From positions 11,678 to 75,677 of the forward strand of contig CAZWVA010000003.1 of the NCBI GenBank assembly GCA_964636885.1: a DNA stretch of 64,000 nt, read 5' to 3'. Origin of the DNA: an uncultured Spirochaetia bacterium. GTDB lineage: Bacteria > Desulfobacterota_D > UBA1144 > Nemesobacterales > CSP1-2. The first letter of the stretch is position 1, and every line of letters begins with the position of its first letter. The notes beneath the pieces were generated by a model. That model was not told the DNA's origin. It searched no databases and saw only the letters and a program-made list of their open reading frames with translations. Positions 8,705-17,840 of the stretch are shown one piece after another. The position numbers and the translations under genes are program-made.

Positions 8705-10444
8705 GTGGAAAGTATGGGGAATAGTAAAAATATAATTGGTACTGTGGTGGGTGTTACAAATCCTAGGGAATTTTATTTTTCTATAGCTCCTGGAAAGGCT
8801 CAACTTCAGGAAATTGTTGCTGTTGATGCCTATGAATTAGATGAATCTGGAGAGAAAAAAGATAAGACAGTAAGAGTTTGGGCTAAGGTCGTCGAAATAG
8901 AGCGAATAAATCCGCTTTTTCCACAAGAAGTTGCTCAGGAACTCTCTTTTCAGCAAATGAGTGCTTTTGACACTGTTATTCCTCTTTCAAGAGAGATGAT
9001 AACAGCAAAGTGTGCTGTCCTCGGGTTAGAAAATAAAAAGGGAGAACTTCAACCTTTAACATACCCTCTTCAACCTGCATCTAGTGTATATATTCCGTCT
9101 AAAAAGGACGTAGAAAAATTAGTTATAGGAGACATCCCTGATTATAGAAAACTTCATATAGGGCATCTGCGCTCTAAGCCGGAGTTTAAGGTTTTCATAG
9201 ATGGACATGCCATAGTAGCAAGGCACTTAGCTGTTCTTGCCGCAACAGGGGCTGGTAAGACAGTTACAGTTAGACGAATTATTGAGGAACTATCGAGTCG
9301 AAAATACCCTATTCTAATATTTGATCCGCATGGAGATTATATTGGGTTAAAAGAATTACCAGAACTTAAAGGAAGTGTAGAGGTTTATCTTCCAGTATTT
9401 CGTGTATTGGAGGAGTCCTTTGACAACCTCATCCTTTTATTATCTGGCCTTTCTAGTGAAGATATAACTCCACCTCAAGAAACATTAATAGGTGGTTTAT
9501 TAGACTTATTTAATACCAAAGAAGGAAGAGAATTTATAGATAATTACATAAGACCTATAAGTGAATCTAGGAGAACTGAATATAGACTGAATATAGAGTC
9601 TCATCATTTTTATGCGATGAACGAAGTATTGGATATATTAGAAAGGCTTCAAACTGAGGAAAGTTGGGAAGAAGTGAGGAATGAATTAAATACTATTTCT
9701 AGAAGACTTGTAAGAGGAATGTCTACATCCATTAGACCTGTAAGCCGTATATTATCTAGGGCTGCTCTATCTTATTCGCAGATTAAAAAAATTAATAGAT
9801 TTAAGCGAGACTTCGGAGTAGAGCTACCTAGTCCTCAAGATATAAGTTCACTAATATCTCCTGGAAAGATAAGCATAATAAACCTAGAGGGATATAGTAA
9901 CCTAAGTAGCGTTGTGGCTAGCAATATACTAAGGCAACTTCTTAATTTAAGAGTCGAAGAAAAAGTACACCGTTTTTTAACTGTTATTGAGGAAGCACAT
10001 AATTTTATTCCTAGTTCGATTGAGAGTGCAGTGCAAAGTAGCGCTATATCAGTGATAAGACAGATTGCAACTGAAGGACGGAAATACGGTATGGGACTTA
10101 TTTTGATAAGCCAACGTCCATCTAGAGTGGATTCAACAATTGTTTCGCAATGCAATTCTTTTATAGTCTTAAAGATTATCAATCCTGGTGATCAGAAGTA
10201 TGTTAGGGATGTTGTTGAATCAATTGGTGAAGAAGATGCTAAGATTCTTCCAGATTTAGCTACCGGAGAAGCATTAATAACAGGGGAATGCGTTAGGTTT
10301 CCTATGTTGGCTAGAATCGAGAGACCTAGATCGGTTGGTAGGCACGAAGAAGAAGATTTTATAAAAGAAATACTTGATAAGGAAAGTAACGTTGTTTCTC
10401 AAAAATCTAAGACTAAGGAGTTGCCCCTTTTGAAAAAGCAATGA
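8705..10444 (+). CDS. herA: HerA-family (DUF87, FtsK/HerA superfamily) hexameric DNA translocase/helicase ATPase
   Basis: An N-terminal HAS-barrel-like region is followed by a Walker A (LAATGAGKTVTV), a Walker B (LTVIEEAHNF) and the QRPS segment typical of HerA. It is paired with NurA. Confidence 0.8.
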   Translation: MESMGNSKNIIGTVVGVTNPREFYFSIAPGKAQLQEIVAVDAYELDESGEKKDKTVRVWAKVVEIERINPLFPQEVAQELSFQQMSAFDTVIPLSREMITAKCAVLGLENKKGELQPLTYPLQPASSVYIPSKKDVEKLVIGDIPDYRKLHIGHLRSKPEFKVFIDGHAIVARHLAVLAATGAGKTVTVRRIIEELSSRKYPILIFDPHGDYIGLKELPELKGSVEVYLPVFRVLEESFDNLILLLSGLSSEDITPPQETLIGGLLDLFNTKEGREFIDNYIRPISESRRTEYRLNIESHHFYAMNEVLDILERLQTEESWEEVRNELNTISRRLVRGMSTSIRPVSRILSRAALSYSQIKKINRFKRDFGVELPSPQDISSLISPGKISIINLEGYSNLSSVVASNILRQLLNLRVEEKVHRFLTVIEEAHNFIPSSIESAVQSSAISVIRQIATEGRKYGMGLILISQRPSRVDSTIVSQCNSFIVLKIINPGDQKYVRDVVESIGEEDAKILPDLATGEALITGECVRFPMLARIERPRSVGRHEEEDFIKEILDKESNVVSQKSKTKELPLLKKQ

Positions 10445-11721
10445 AATATTTCATTCCCGACTGGGAAGACCGTTTAGACCCAAATTATGATTTTCAAACA
10501 GACACGTTTGGAAGAGAAAGGAATGAAGCCTATAAAACTGATATTTACGCACATCAAATTTTTTCTAAGCCCCCGTATGATGGGATATTAATCAGCCTAG
10601 CCCTTTTTAATAGTAGAAGTAAAATTACTTTAAAAGAGAGTAAGAATGGAGATAAAAATATAAGGGAACTGAGAACGATCAAAGATTATCTAAAAATTCC
10701 CGCTTCGAGCAATCTAGAGGTGATGGGAGATTGTGGGGCATTTAGCTATATTAATGAAGATACCCCTCCTGCTGAGTATGATACAAAATTGGTTGCTGAT
10801 GTTTACCATAATCTGGGTTTTGATTATGGTGTTTCAGTGGATCACATGATTCCTGATTTTATCTTGAAGGAAGATAGGAAAGGAAGAAAAAAGAAAATAA
10901 AGCTTACCAAGCAGCAAAAGGAAAAACGTAGACAACTAACCCTAGACAATGCTGAAGAGTTTTTGCGATATCATAGAGAGAGAAATTATGATTTTATTCC
11001 TATTGGTGTGGCGCAAGGATCGGATCCAATATTCTATGCTGATTCTGTGTACAATCTATTGGAGATGGGATACAGATACATAGGGTTAGGAAGTTTAGTC
11101 CCTAAGAGAGACGATGAAATCGTAGACATACTCAAAGCTGTAAAAAGAGTTATAGACCGGCATTCTAAAGAAGAGAATATAAGAATCCATCTTTTTGGAG
11201 TATTGCGGATTAAAAAGCTAGTCGAGTTTAGGTCATTAGGGGTAACCAGTTTTGATAGTGCTTCCTACCTCAGGAAAGCATGGCTACGCTCGGACCAAAA
11301 CTACCTTGCTCCAGATAAAAATTGGTTTTCAGCAATTAGGATTCCTTACTCTAATAATCCACGCCTTGTCAAAAATGCAAAGGAAGACGGTATCTCGGAA
11401 AGAGAACTAAAACAAAGAGAAGAGGAATGTTTAAAGTTGATAAGAGAATACGCTCAAAAACCAAAAAATTCAAACCTAGAAAGAGTATTAGACGCCATAA
11501 TGAACTATGATTCCTTGCTTCTTCGAGGCTTTGAGGGTAACCATCATCGGGAGAAGTATATGGCTACACTCTTGGCTAGACCCTGGGAGAAATGTAATTG
11601 CGAGGTCTGCAAATCTCTTGGTGTAGATGTTGTGATATTTCGTGGTGCGAATCGAAATAAAAGAAGAGGATTCCACAATACTAAAATCTTTTATGACCTC
11701 TACCTTAACTCAGAAGAATAA
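10441..11721 (+). CDS. tRNA-guanine-transglycosylase-fold protein, DpdA-like (predicted nucleobase-exchange enzyme, possibly acting on DNA)
   Basis: TGT catalytic-site equivalents are present: MGDCGAFSY (cf. TDSGGFQ), GVAQGS (cf. GIVQGG), YIGLGSL (cf. YAIGGL) and SFDSASYLR (cf. MFDCVLPTR, the nucleophile Asp). A C-terminal CxCxxC...H zinc site (CNCEVC...H) is present and there is no PUA domain. The ATGA overlaps the herA stop. Confidence 0.7.
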   Translation: MKYFIPDWEDRLDPNYDFQTDTFGRERNEAYKTDIYAHQIFSKPPYDGILISLALFNSRSKITLKESKNGDKNIRELRTIKDYLKIPASSNLEVMGDCGAFSYINEDTPPAEYDTKLVADVYHNLGFDYGVSVDHMIPDFILKEDRKGRKKKIKLTKQQKEKRRQLTLDNAEEFLRYHRERNYDFIPIGVAQGSDPIFYADSVYNLLEMGYRYIGLGSLVPKRDDEIVDILKAVKRVIDRHSKEENIRIHLFGVLRIKKLVEFRSLGVTSFDSASYLRKAWLRSDQNYLAPDKNWFSAIRIPYSNNPRLVKNAKEDGISERELKQREEECLKLIREYAQKPKNSNLERVLDAIMNYDSLLLRGFEGNHHREKYMATLLARPWEKCNCEVCKSLGVDVVIFRGANRNKRRGFHNTKIFYDLYLNSEE

Positions 11722-12169
11722 GATTCTAATCATTGTTCCCTGCGGAAAAAAGAAAATCTGGGATAAAATCCCAAATAAAGGTAGAGTTTATGCCAAAGAC
11801 GCATATATAAGCCCTTACTTTAAACTCTGTCGGAAGTATGCAGAAAAATTCGCTGATAAGTGGGTGATCCTTTCGGCAAAGTATGGGTTTATTGAACCAG
11901 ATTTTACTATTCCAAAAAATTATGACGTTTCATTTAACAACTCTAAAAATGAGGTTGTATCTTTTCAAAGACTCAAAGTTCAGGTAAAGAAGTTAAGATT
12001 TCAAGATTATCAATCGGTTATTATTTTAGGTGGAAAAGAATATATCGATATAGTTCAAAGGGTATTGAAAGGTTCCAGGAGACGAATAAAAGTCCCGCTT
12101 GAGGGTCTAGGAATTGGAAAAAGACAAGCCAAGATTAAAGAGGCACTGACCAAAAGGATTTCTTTCTGA
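11693..12169 (+). CDS. Small Rossmann-like hypothetical protein (158 aa) with an N-terminal ILIIVPCGKKK motif
   Basis: The ATG at 11693 is in frame with ORF 11642..12169 and overlaps the end of the TGT-like gene by about 29 nt. A β-strand-Gly/Lys loop pattern occurs twice (IVPCGKKK; VIILGGKEY). No family is recognised by eye. Confidence 0.45.
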   Translation: MTSTLTQKNKILIIVPCGKKKIWDKIPNKGRVYAKDAYISPYFKLCRKYAEKFADKWVILSAKYGFIEPDFTIPKNYDVSFNNSKNEVVSFQRLKVQVKKLRFQDYQSVIILGGKEYIDIVQRVLKGSRRRIKVPLEGLGIGKRQAKIKEALTKRISF

Positions 12170-12273
12170 CGGAGTATAGAAGTGGGATGGGAAATCCTAT
12201 ACGAGCTTCTAAGAGAAGGATTAAGATGATATCATACTGTCAACGGAGGTTGGAAGGTCGACAGGTTTATGGT

Positions 12274-13197
12274 TCACGACCCTCGTTTACCCTTTCCGAG
12301 TAGGTGTCTTAAAGCCCCTATGAGCTCAGGATACAGAAACCCATAATCGGTATCCAGCAGCTTCTTTGGAATAGCCCGGCAACTCGCAAGGAGCATTTCC
12401 TCGGCCATCTCTCCTATAAGAAGGCGAAGGACAAACCCGGGGATCGAAAGGAAAGACGGACGCCCAAGTACTCGTGAAAGCGTCCTTGTAAACTCACGGT
12501 TTGTAACCGGATTGGGCGATACCGCGTTTACGGGTCCATTGAGATCTTTTTTATTGATGGCATGATAAATAGCACCTACTACATCGTCAATAGAGATCCA
12601 GCTAATATACTGGTTTCCGCTTCCAATAGTCGCTCCTAATCCCAAGCGGAAGGGGGTAAGCATGGCCTTTAAGACCCCGCCTTTTGGACTTAGGACGAGG
12701 CCGATCCTAAGGTTGACGACACGGATCCCTTTCTCTATAGCGGGTTTACACGCCCCCTCCCACTCACGGCATACATCCGCTAGGAATCCCCTACCGGACC
12801 CGCTTTCCTCTGTTAGTATCTCGTCTCCACGATCGCCGTAATAACCTGTTGCCGATGCGCACACAAACACATCTGGTGGCTCCTTGAGTGTGGCTAGGGA
12901 TCTTGAGAGGAGCCACGTCCCATCGACTCGGCTCTTACGGATCCTCCTCTTTTTCTCTTCAGTCCATATTCCGGCCACGTTTTCCCCTGCGAGGTGCACA
13001 ACGGCGTTATGCCCCTCGAAAACCGAAGGGTCGATCTCTTTGGCATCGGGATTCCAGTAAGAAACCGACTCTCCGATCTTAGCCTCGGAGAAAGACCTCG
13101 AGCGGGTAAGACGAGTGACACTATGGCCGTTTGTGGTAAGAAATGGAACCAGAGCCGACCCTATGAGTCCTGTGGATCCGGTAACCAGGATTTTCAT
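12274..13197 (-). CDS. NAD-dependent epimerase/dehydratase-family protein (YfcH-like, DUF1731 C-terminus)
   Basis: N-terminal Rossmann motif ILVTGSTGLIGSAL and overall YfcH/TIGR01777-like architecture. Confidence 0.75.
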   Translation of the reverse strand: MKILVTGSTGLIGSALVPFLTTNGHSVTRLTRSRSFSEAKIGESVSYWNPDAKEIDPSVFEGHNAVVHLAGENVAGIWTEEKKRRIRKSRVDGTWLLSRSLATLKEPPDVFVCASATGYYGDRGDEILTEESGSGRGFLADVCREWEGACKPAIEKGIRVVNLRIGLVLSPKGGVLKAMLTPFRLGLGATIGSGNQYISWISIDDVVGAIYHAINKKDLNGPVNAVSPNPVTNREFTRTLSRVLGRPSFLSIPGFVLRLLIGEMAEEMLLASCRAIPKKLLDTDYGFLYPELIGALRHLLGKGKRGS

Positions 13198-13378
13198 TTG
13201 TGAACTCCTTTAGCCCTTACTATAACGCCTCGATGCCAGTGTAGGTGTGACCCGCTTCCAATAGCTTACCTAATGCTCCAAACGGTCGCGCAACTACTCG
13301 TTTTGACGGCTTAGAACAACCGACTACAATAAAAGTCATCACTACACATAAAGTTGGATTTCTTATTCTCATGCTCCT

Positions 13379-15118
13379 TTACGGACCCTTATTAGAAAGG
13401 GCTCTATTATAAGCCGCAATCACATCCTTTCTTGAAAGCACCCCTACAATCTTCTTCGAATCATTCGATTCAACCACTGGAAGAATCTCAACCGGTTTCT
13501 TCTCCCATTTCTTAAAAACGGTATAGAGCGTGTCCTCTGGGGTTACGGTTACAACATCCAATGTAGCGAGCTCTTTTACTACGACCAGATCCTTAATCGA
13601 TTCCTCGAATATCCACTTTCTAAAATCCTGGATCGAGATTATTCCTGTAAGATTCCCCCTTTCGTCCACTAGTGGAAAAGTCGTGTAGTGGCTTTGAGGG
13701 ATGTACTCTACCAGCTCCCGGAGGGTCATACCCTCTGGGATCGTCTCCACATCACGTTTCATTATATCCTTAGCCTGAATCAGATGTATGATTCGTCCCC
13801 CGATCTCTTCCTCGATGTTTATCCCAGCTTTACCCAGCTCTAGGCTTTCAAGTGAGCCTCCTACAAGGAGCCGTGTTGCCAGACTTCCAAGGACAGAGCT
13901 TATCATTATGGGGATCACAACCTGATAGCTTTGGGTCATTTCGAATACCAGGAATATAGAGGTGAGAGGGGCCTGGGTCATAGCCGCAAGAAAGGTGCCC
14001 ATTCCAACGGTTGCATAAGCACCGCTCAGCGCTACCGGACTGGAGAGAATAAACCCAACGAGTTTTCCAAATGCGTTTCCCATAGCGGCCCCTATGAAGA
14101 TAGAGGGGGCAAACATCCCTCCCGGCCATCCCGAACCAATGGTTATAGAGGTTGCAAGGGGCTTTAGAAAAATCAGCCCTAATACCACTAAAAGCGGAAG
14201 CTCACCCATTAGTGCCTTCTCAACGTGCTCGTAACCGTTTCCCAGTACGTAGGGGAAAAATACCCCGATAACACCAATGATAAAACCTCCCAGAAGGGGC
14301 TTTAACCGAGAGGGGATTTTTGCTTTAGAGAAAACGTCCTTAACAATGAAAAAGAGCTTAATGAACCCCGATGCGAAGACCCCTAAAATCAATCCGAATG
14401 CCGTATAAAAGAGGAGTTCCTTTATACTTACGAATTCATAAGGCGGTACCTTGAATATCGGTTCATTCCCTCTTAGGGCACGAGATACAACGGTGCCGAC
14501 CGCCGCCGAAGTCACTATGGGGAGGAAACTGCCGATCCTGAAATCCCTTAGAAGCGCGATTTCTTCGGCAAAAAGAACGCCCGCAACCGGGGCGTTAAAT
14601 GTCGCTGCAATACCTGAGGAGACTCCACAGGCCACAAACACTGGTATTTTGCTCCTCGAGACCTTAAAAGTCTGCCCTATAAGGCTTCCGATTGCCCCGC
14701 CTAGCTGTGCAATCGGTCCCTCCTGTCCCGCAGAGCCCCCGAATCCAAGGGTCACGCAAGAGCCAAGGGTTTTTGCGATCGTTTCCTTAGGTTTTAGTAT
14801 ACCGCCCCTTAGAGTTATCTTTTCTAGAAACTTCGGAAATCCGTAGCCCAGGACATCGTTTGGAAAAATAAAAGAGAGTAGGAATAAGACCAGTCCTCCA
14901 CAGAAAACCGGTATTATTACAAGGGGTGAACCCCAATACGGTATAACGACATTAAAGTAGAGAAACCCGTATGCCTCTACAAAGGCGAAGTTTGCAACCC
15001 CTGCGATAAGTCCAATAAGGATCCCAGCGAAAATAAAAAACGTGTACTCGTTTGAGTAAAGGGAGTAGATGCGGCTTGTAACTGAAGTGGAGTGGGTCTT
15101 TCTCTGTGACTCATCCAT
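13379..15118 (-). CDS. ClC-family chloride channel / H+-Cl- antiporter with C-terminal tandem CBS domains
   Basis: The ClC selectivity motifs are present: GYGFP (GSGIP-like), GQEGP (GKEGP-like) and GMFAP (GxFxP). It has about 10 TM helices and two C-terminal CBS domains. The probable start is the ATG at 15118 (AGGA RBS); the track start at 15160 is a TTG. Confidence 0.85.
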   Translation of the reverse strand: MDESQRKTHSTSVTSRIYSLYSNEYTFFIFAGILIGLIAGVANFAFVEAYGFLYFNVVIPYWGSPLVIIPVFCGGLVLFLLSFIFPNDVLGYGFPKFLEKITLRGGILKPKETIAKTLGSCVTLGFGGSAGQEGPIAQLGGAIGSLIGQTFKVSRSKIPVFVACGVSSGIAATFNAPVAGVLFAEEIALLRDFRIGSFLPIVTSAAVGTVVSRALRGNEPIFKVPPYEFVSIKELLFYTAFGLILGVFASGFIKLFFIVKDVFSKAKIPSRLKPLLGGFIIGVIGVFFPYVLGNGYEHVEKALMGELPLLVVLGLIFLKPLATSITIGSGWPGGMFAPSIFIGAAMGNAFGKLVGFILSSPVALSGAYATVGMGTFLAAMTQAPLTSIFLVFEMTQSYQVVIPIMISSVLGSLATRLLVGGSLESLELGKAGINIEEEIGGRIIHLIQAKDIMKRDVETIPEGMTLRELVEYIPQSHYTTFPLVDERGNLTGIISIQDFRKWIFEESIKDLVVVKELATLDVVTVTPEDTLYTVFKKWEKKPVEILPVVESNDSKKIVGVLSRKDVIAAYNRALSNKGP

Positions 15119-15293
15119 GTTGATCCTGATCGTTAGACTATGAGGGTTCCGTTTCGTCAATATCCCTTGCAGGAGAACAAAACCGAGAGATCAATGGAAA
15201 TCTATCTCTCGGTATTATAGACGACCCGTCTCACAACTCAAATACCTGGGAATAGCGATCCGCTCAATAAAAGGAACAGTCATTTGACAATCC

Positions 15294-15322
15294 TTGTAAC
15301 TTGTGCTAATTATTAAAGTTTA
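15294..15322 (+). promoter_or_regulatory. Candidate sigma70-type promoter for the ffh operon (TTGACA-N17-TAATTA)
   Basis: A perfect -35 hexamer is followed by a 17-nt spacer and a weak -10, about 30 nt upstream of the ffh RBS. Confidence 0.3.
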
Positions 15323-15352
15323 CTTTTAGGAGAGGTCTTATTTCTGGCGGAT

Positions 15353-16687
15353 ATGTTTGAGGGGATTTCTGAAAAACTCGGCTCGACATTAAAAAGGATA
15401 AGTGGCTACGGAAAGCTAAGCGAAAGCAATATTCAGGAGGCCCTCCGTGAGGTGCGCCTCAGCCTGCTTGAGGCGGATGTGAACTTTAAGGTGGTAAGGG
15501 ATTTTATAGAATCCGTAAAGGGGCGCGCTTTGGGAGAGGAGGTAATACAGAGCCTCACCCCCGGACAACAGTTTATAAAGATCGTTTATGAGGAGCTTGT
15601 GAGGGTTCTTGGGGAGAAGAGCTCCGAGCTTGACCTACGTGCGACCCCTCCTGTTGTCTTGATGCTCGTAGGACTCCAGGGCTCTGGAAAAACCACAACG
15701 GCCGCAAAGCTCGCAAAGTCGATCAAGGAGAAATACAAGAGGAAGCCCTATCTCGTTCCTGCTGACGTCTACAGACCGGCCGCTATAGAACAGCTTAAGG
15801 TGCTTGGAGGGCAGATCGGTGTGGGGGTCTACGATACCAAGCCGGGCACAGATCCTGTTGTTATTTCTAAAGATGCTAGATCTACCGCCCTTTACGGCGG
15901 CTACGACGTTGTGATAATAGACACGGCGGGAAGACTCCACATAGATGAAGAGCTTATGGATGAACTGAGGAGAATAAAGGCCGAGGTGGCCCCTCACGAG
16001 ATACTCCTCGTTGCGGATGCGATGACCGGTCAGGATGCCGTTAACGTATCTACCAGATTTAATGAGGTTCTAGATATTGACGGGGTAATACTCACGAAGA
16101 TGGATGGGGATGCAAGGGGCGGAGCCGCCCTCTCTATCAAGGCCGTAACCGGGAAACCCATAAAGTTTTTCGGAATCGGAGAGAAATTGGATGCCCTTGA
16201 GGTGTTTCATCCGGAAAGGATCGCCTCTCGGATTCTGGGTATGGGTGATGTTCTTACGTTAATAGAGAAGGCCCAATCCGCTTTTGAAGAGAAAAAGGCC
16301 GAGGAGATGGCAAGTAGGCTCCTTAAGAACGAGTTCTCCCTTGAGGATTTTAGAGAGGCCATGGTTGCCATGCGTAAACTCGGCTCCCTTGAGAGTATGT
16401 CGGAGATGATACCAGGAATGAAGCAACTCGCTAAAAACCCAAAGGCCTTGGATATGGCCGAAAGGGAGATTAAGAAGACTATAGCCATAATAGATTCCAT
16501 GACCCTAAAGGAGAGGAGAAACCACACTATACTAAACGGAAGCAGACGTAAGAGGATAGCGAAGGGAAGCGGTACAAGGGTTGAGGATGTAAATCGGGTG
16601 ATTAAGAACTACGTTCAGATGCGTGATATGATGAAGAACATGGGTAAGATGGGAAAACTAGCAAGAAAAATGATGAGGTTTATTTAG
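15353..16687 (+). CDS. ffh: Signal recognition particle protein Ffh (SRP54)
   Basis: N domain, SRP GTPase motifs ([21 protein letters not shown]) and a C-terminal Met-rich M domain. Confidence 0.95.
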   Translation: MFEGISEKLGSTLKRISGYGKLSESNIQEALREVRLSLLEADVNFKVVRDFIESVKGRALGEEVIQSLTPGQQFIKIVYEELVRVLGEKSSELDLRATPPVVLMLVGLQGSGKTTTAAKLAKSIKEKYKRKPYLVPADVYRPAAIEQLKVLGGQIGVGVYDTKPGTDPVVISKDARSTALYGGYDVVIIDTAGRLHIDEELMDELRRIKAEVAPHEILLVADAMTGQDAVNVSTRFNEVLDIDGVILTKMDGDARGGAALSIKAVTGKPIKFFGIGEKLDALEVFHPERIASRILGMGDVLTLIEKAQSAFEEKKAEEMASRLLKNEFSLEDFREAMVAMRKLGSLESMSEMIPGMKQLAKNPKALDMAEREIKKTIAIIDSMTLKERRNHTILNGSRRKRIAKGSGTRVEDVNRVIKNYVQMRDMMKNMGKMGKLARKMMRFI

Positions 16688-16721
16688 GCAGTCTGATAAA
16701 ATCCAAGGAGGTAAGAACGGG

Positions 16722-16955
16722 TTGGTTAAAATAAGACTCACGAGAGCGGGATCGAAAAAGAAGCCCTTTTACAGGATAGTGGCCGCCGATTCACGTGCAC
16801 CACGTGACGGTAAGTTTCTAGAGATTCTGGGTTACTATGACCCGCGTAAGAAACCACACGTACTGGAGGTGAAGACCGAAAGGGTAAGCGACTGGATCAA
16901 GAATGGTGCACAACTTACTGAAAGGGTAGAGAAGCTGATTTCAAAGCTCACCTAA
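16722..16955 (+). CDS. rpsP: 30S ribosomal protein S16
   Basis: [25 protein letters not shown]..., the canonical S16 sequence, at its operon position after ffh. Confidence 0.95.
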   Translation: MVKIRLTRAGSKKKPFYRIVAADSRAPRDGKFLEILGYYDPRKKPHVLEVKTERVSDWIKNGAQLTERVEKLISKLT

Positions 16956-17006
16956 CGGTTGATGTAGAGACGAATATGAAGCTGGTTGAAGATTTCAGAT
17001 TAAACT

Positions 17007-17264
17007 TTGGAGGAGGTAAGTGATATGGAGAAGCTGAAGGAGCTTGTGAGCTATATTGCGAAATCTCTTGTGGATAATCCCGACAAGGTGGAGGTACGTG
17101 AGGTCACCGGTGAACAGACGGCGGTGCTTGAGCTCAGGGTTGCTCCCGAAGACCTAGGGAAGATAATAGGAAAACAGGGGAAGACCGCCAAGGCCATAAG
17201 GACGATACTCGGTGCTGCAGCCGCCAAGGCGAGGAGAAGGGCGGTTCTTGAAATCCTTGAATAG
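17007..17264 (+). CDS. KH-domain RNA-binding protein (YlqC/UPF0109 family)
   Basis: A small protein with the [17 protein letters not shown] motif, at the conserved position between rpsP and rimM. Confidence 0.8.
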   Translation: MEEVSDMEKLKELVSYIAKSLVDNPDKVEVREVTGEQTAVLELRVAPEDLGKIIGKQGKTAKAIRTILGAAAAKARRRAVLEILE

Positions 17265-17288
17265 AAAGTCCTTACATAAAAACCGGAA

Positions 17289-17798
17289 ATGGGGATCATT
17301 CCATTTGGAAGGGTTTTAAAGGTGCATGGGCTTTCAGGGGAAGTGAGGATATTTCCCTTTAGCCGTGAATTCCATAACCTCTCTAGGCTTAAGAGGGTCT
17401 TTATACAGAGAAAACAGGACGAGAGGCCGAGTGAGTTTAAAATCATAAGAAGGGGATCTTGTAAGGGATCTGCTATAGTGAAACTCCAGGGTATCGACTC
17501 TATCGATGCTGCCGAGGGGCTTAGGGGATGCCTCGTTATGGTTGATACATCCGATCTCCTGGAACCGGAAGAGGGTGAGTATTACTGGTTTCAGCTTATA
17601 GGGCTTGAGGTTTATACGACCGATGGGTTATACGTGGGAAGGGTGGAGAGCCTAATGGACAGGATCCCGCAAAGCCTGCTCGTGGTTAAAAAGGGGAAAA
17701 AGGAATCTCTTATCCCTATGGTTGATTCAATCGTAAAAGAGATAAGCCTTAAAGACTCACGGATAGTGGTTTCCCCTATAAAGGGACTTACCGATTGA
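17289..17798 (+). CDS. rimM: 16S rRNA processing protein RimM
   Basis: RimM N-terminal β-barrel (GRVLKVHGLSGEVRI) plus a PRC barrel, at the conserved operon position. Confidence 0.85.
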   Translation: MGIIPFGRVLKVHGLSGEVRIFPFSREFHNLSRLKRVFIQRKQDERPSEFKIIRRGSCKGSAIVKLQGIDSIDAAEGLRGCLVMVDTSDLLEPEEGEYYWFQLIGLEVYTTDGLYVGRVESLMDRIPQSLLVVKKGKKESLIPMVDSIVKEISLKDSRIVVSPIKGLTD

Positions 17799-17840
17799 AT
17801 TCTTAGAGAAACCGAAGGGTTTCCTTCCTAACGATTAATT

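Larger units (their letters stand above)
7300..12200. other. Low-GC (about 35%) genomic island carrying a NurA-HerA-TGT-like-small protein operon
   Basis: Base composition drops sharply relative to the flanking genes, which are about 50% GC. Codons are strongly biased to A/T third positions (AAA, ATA, AGA, TTA). The four ORFs are co-oriented with start/stop overlaps. No integrase, tRNA or obvious direct repeats lie at the borders. Confidence 0.6.
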
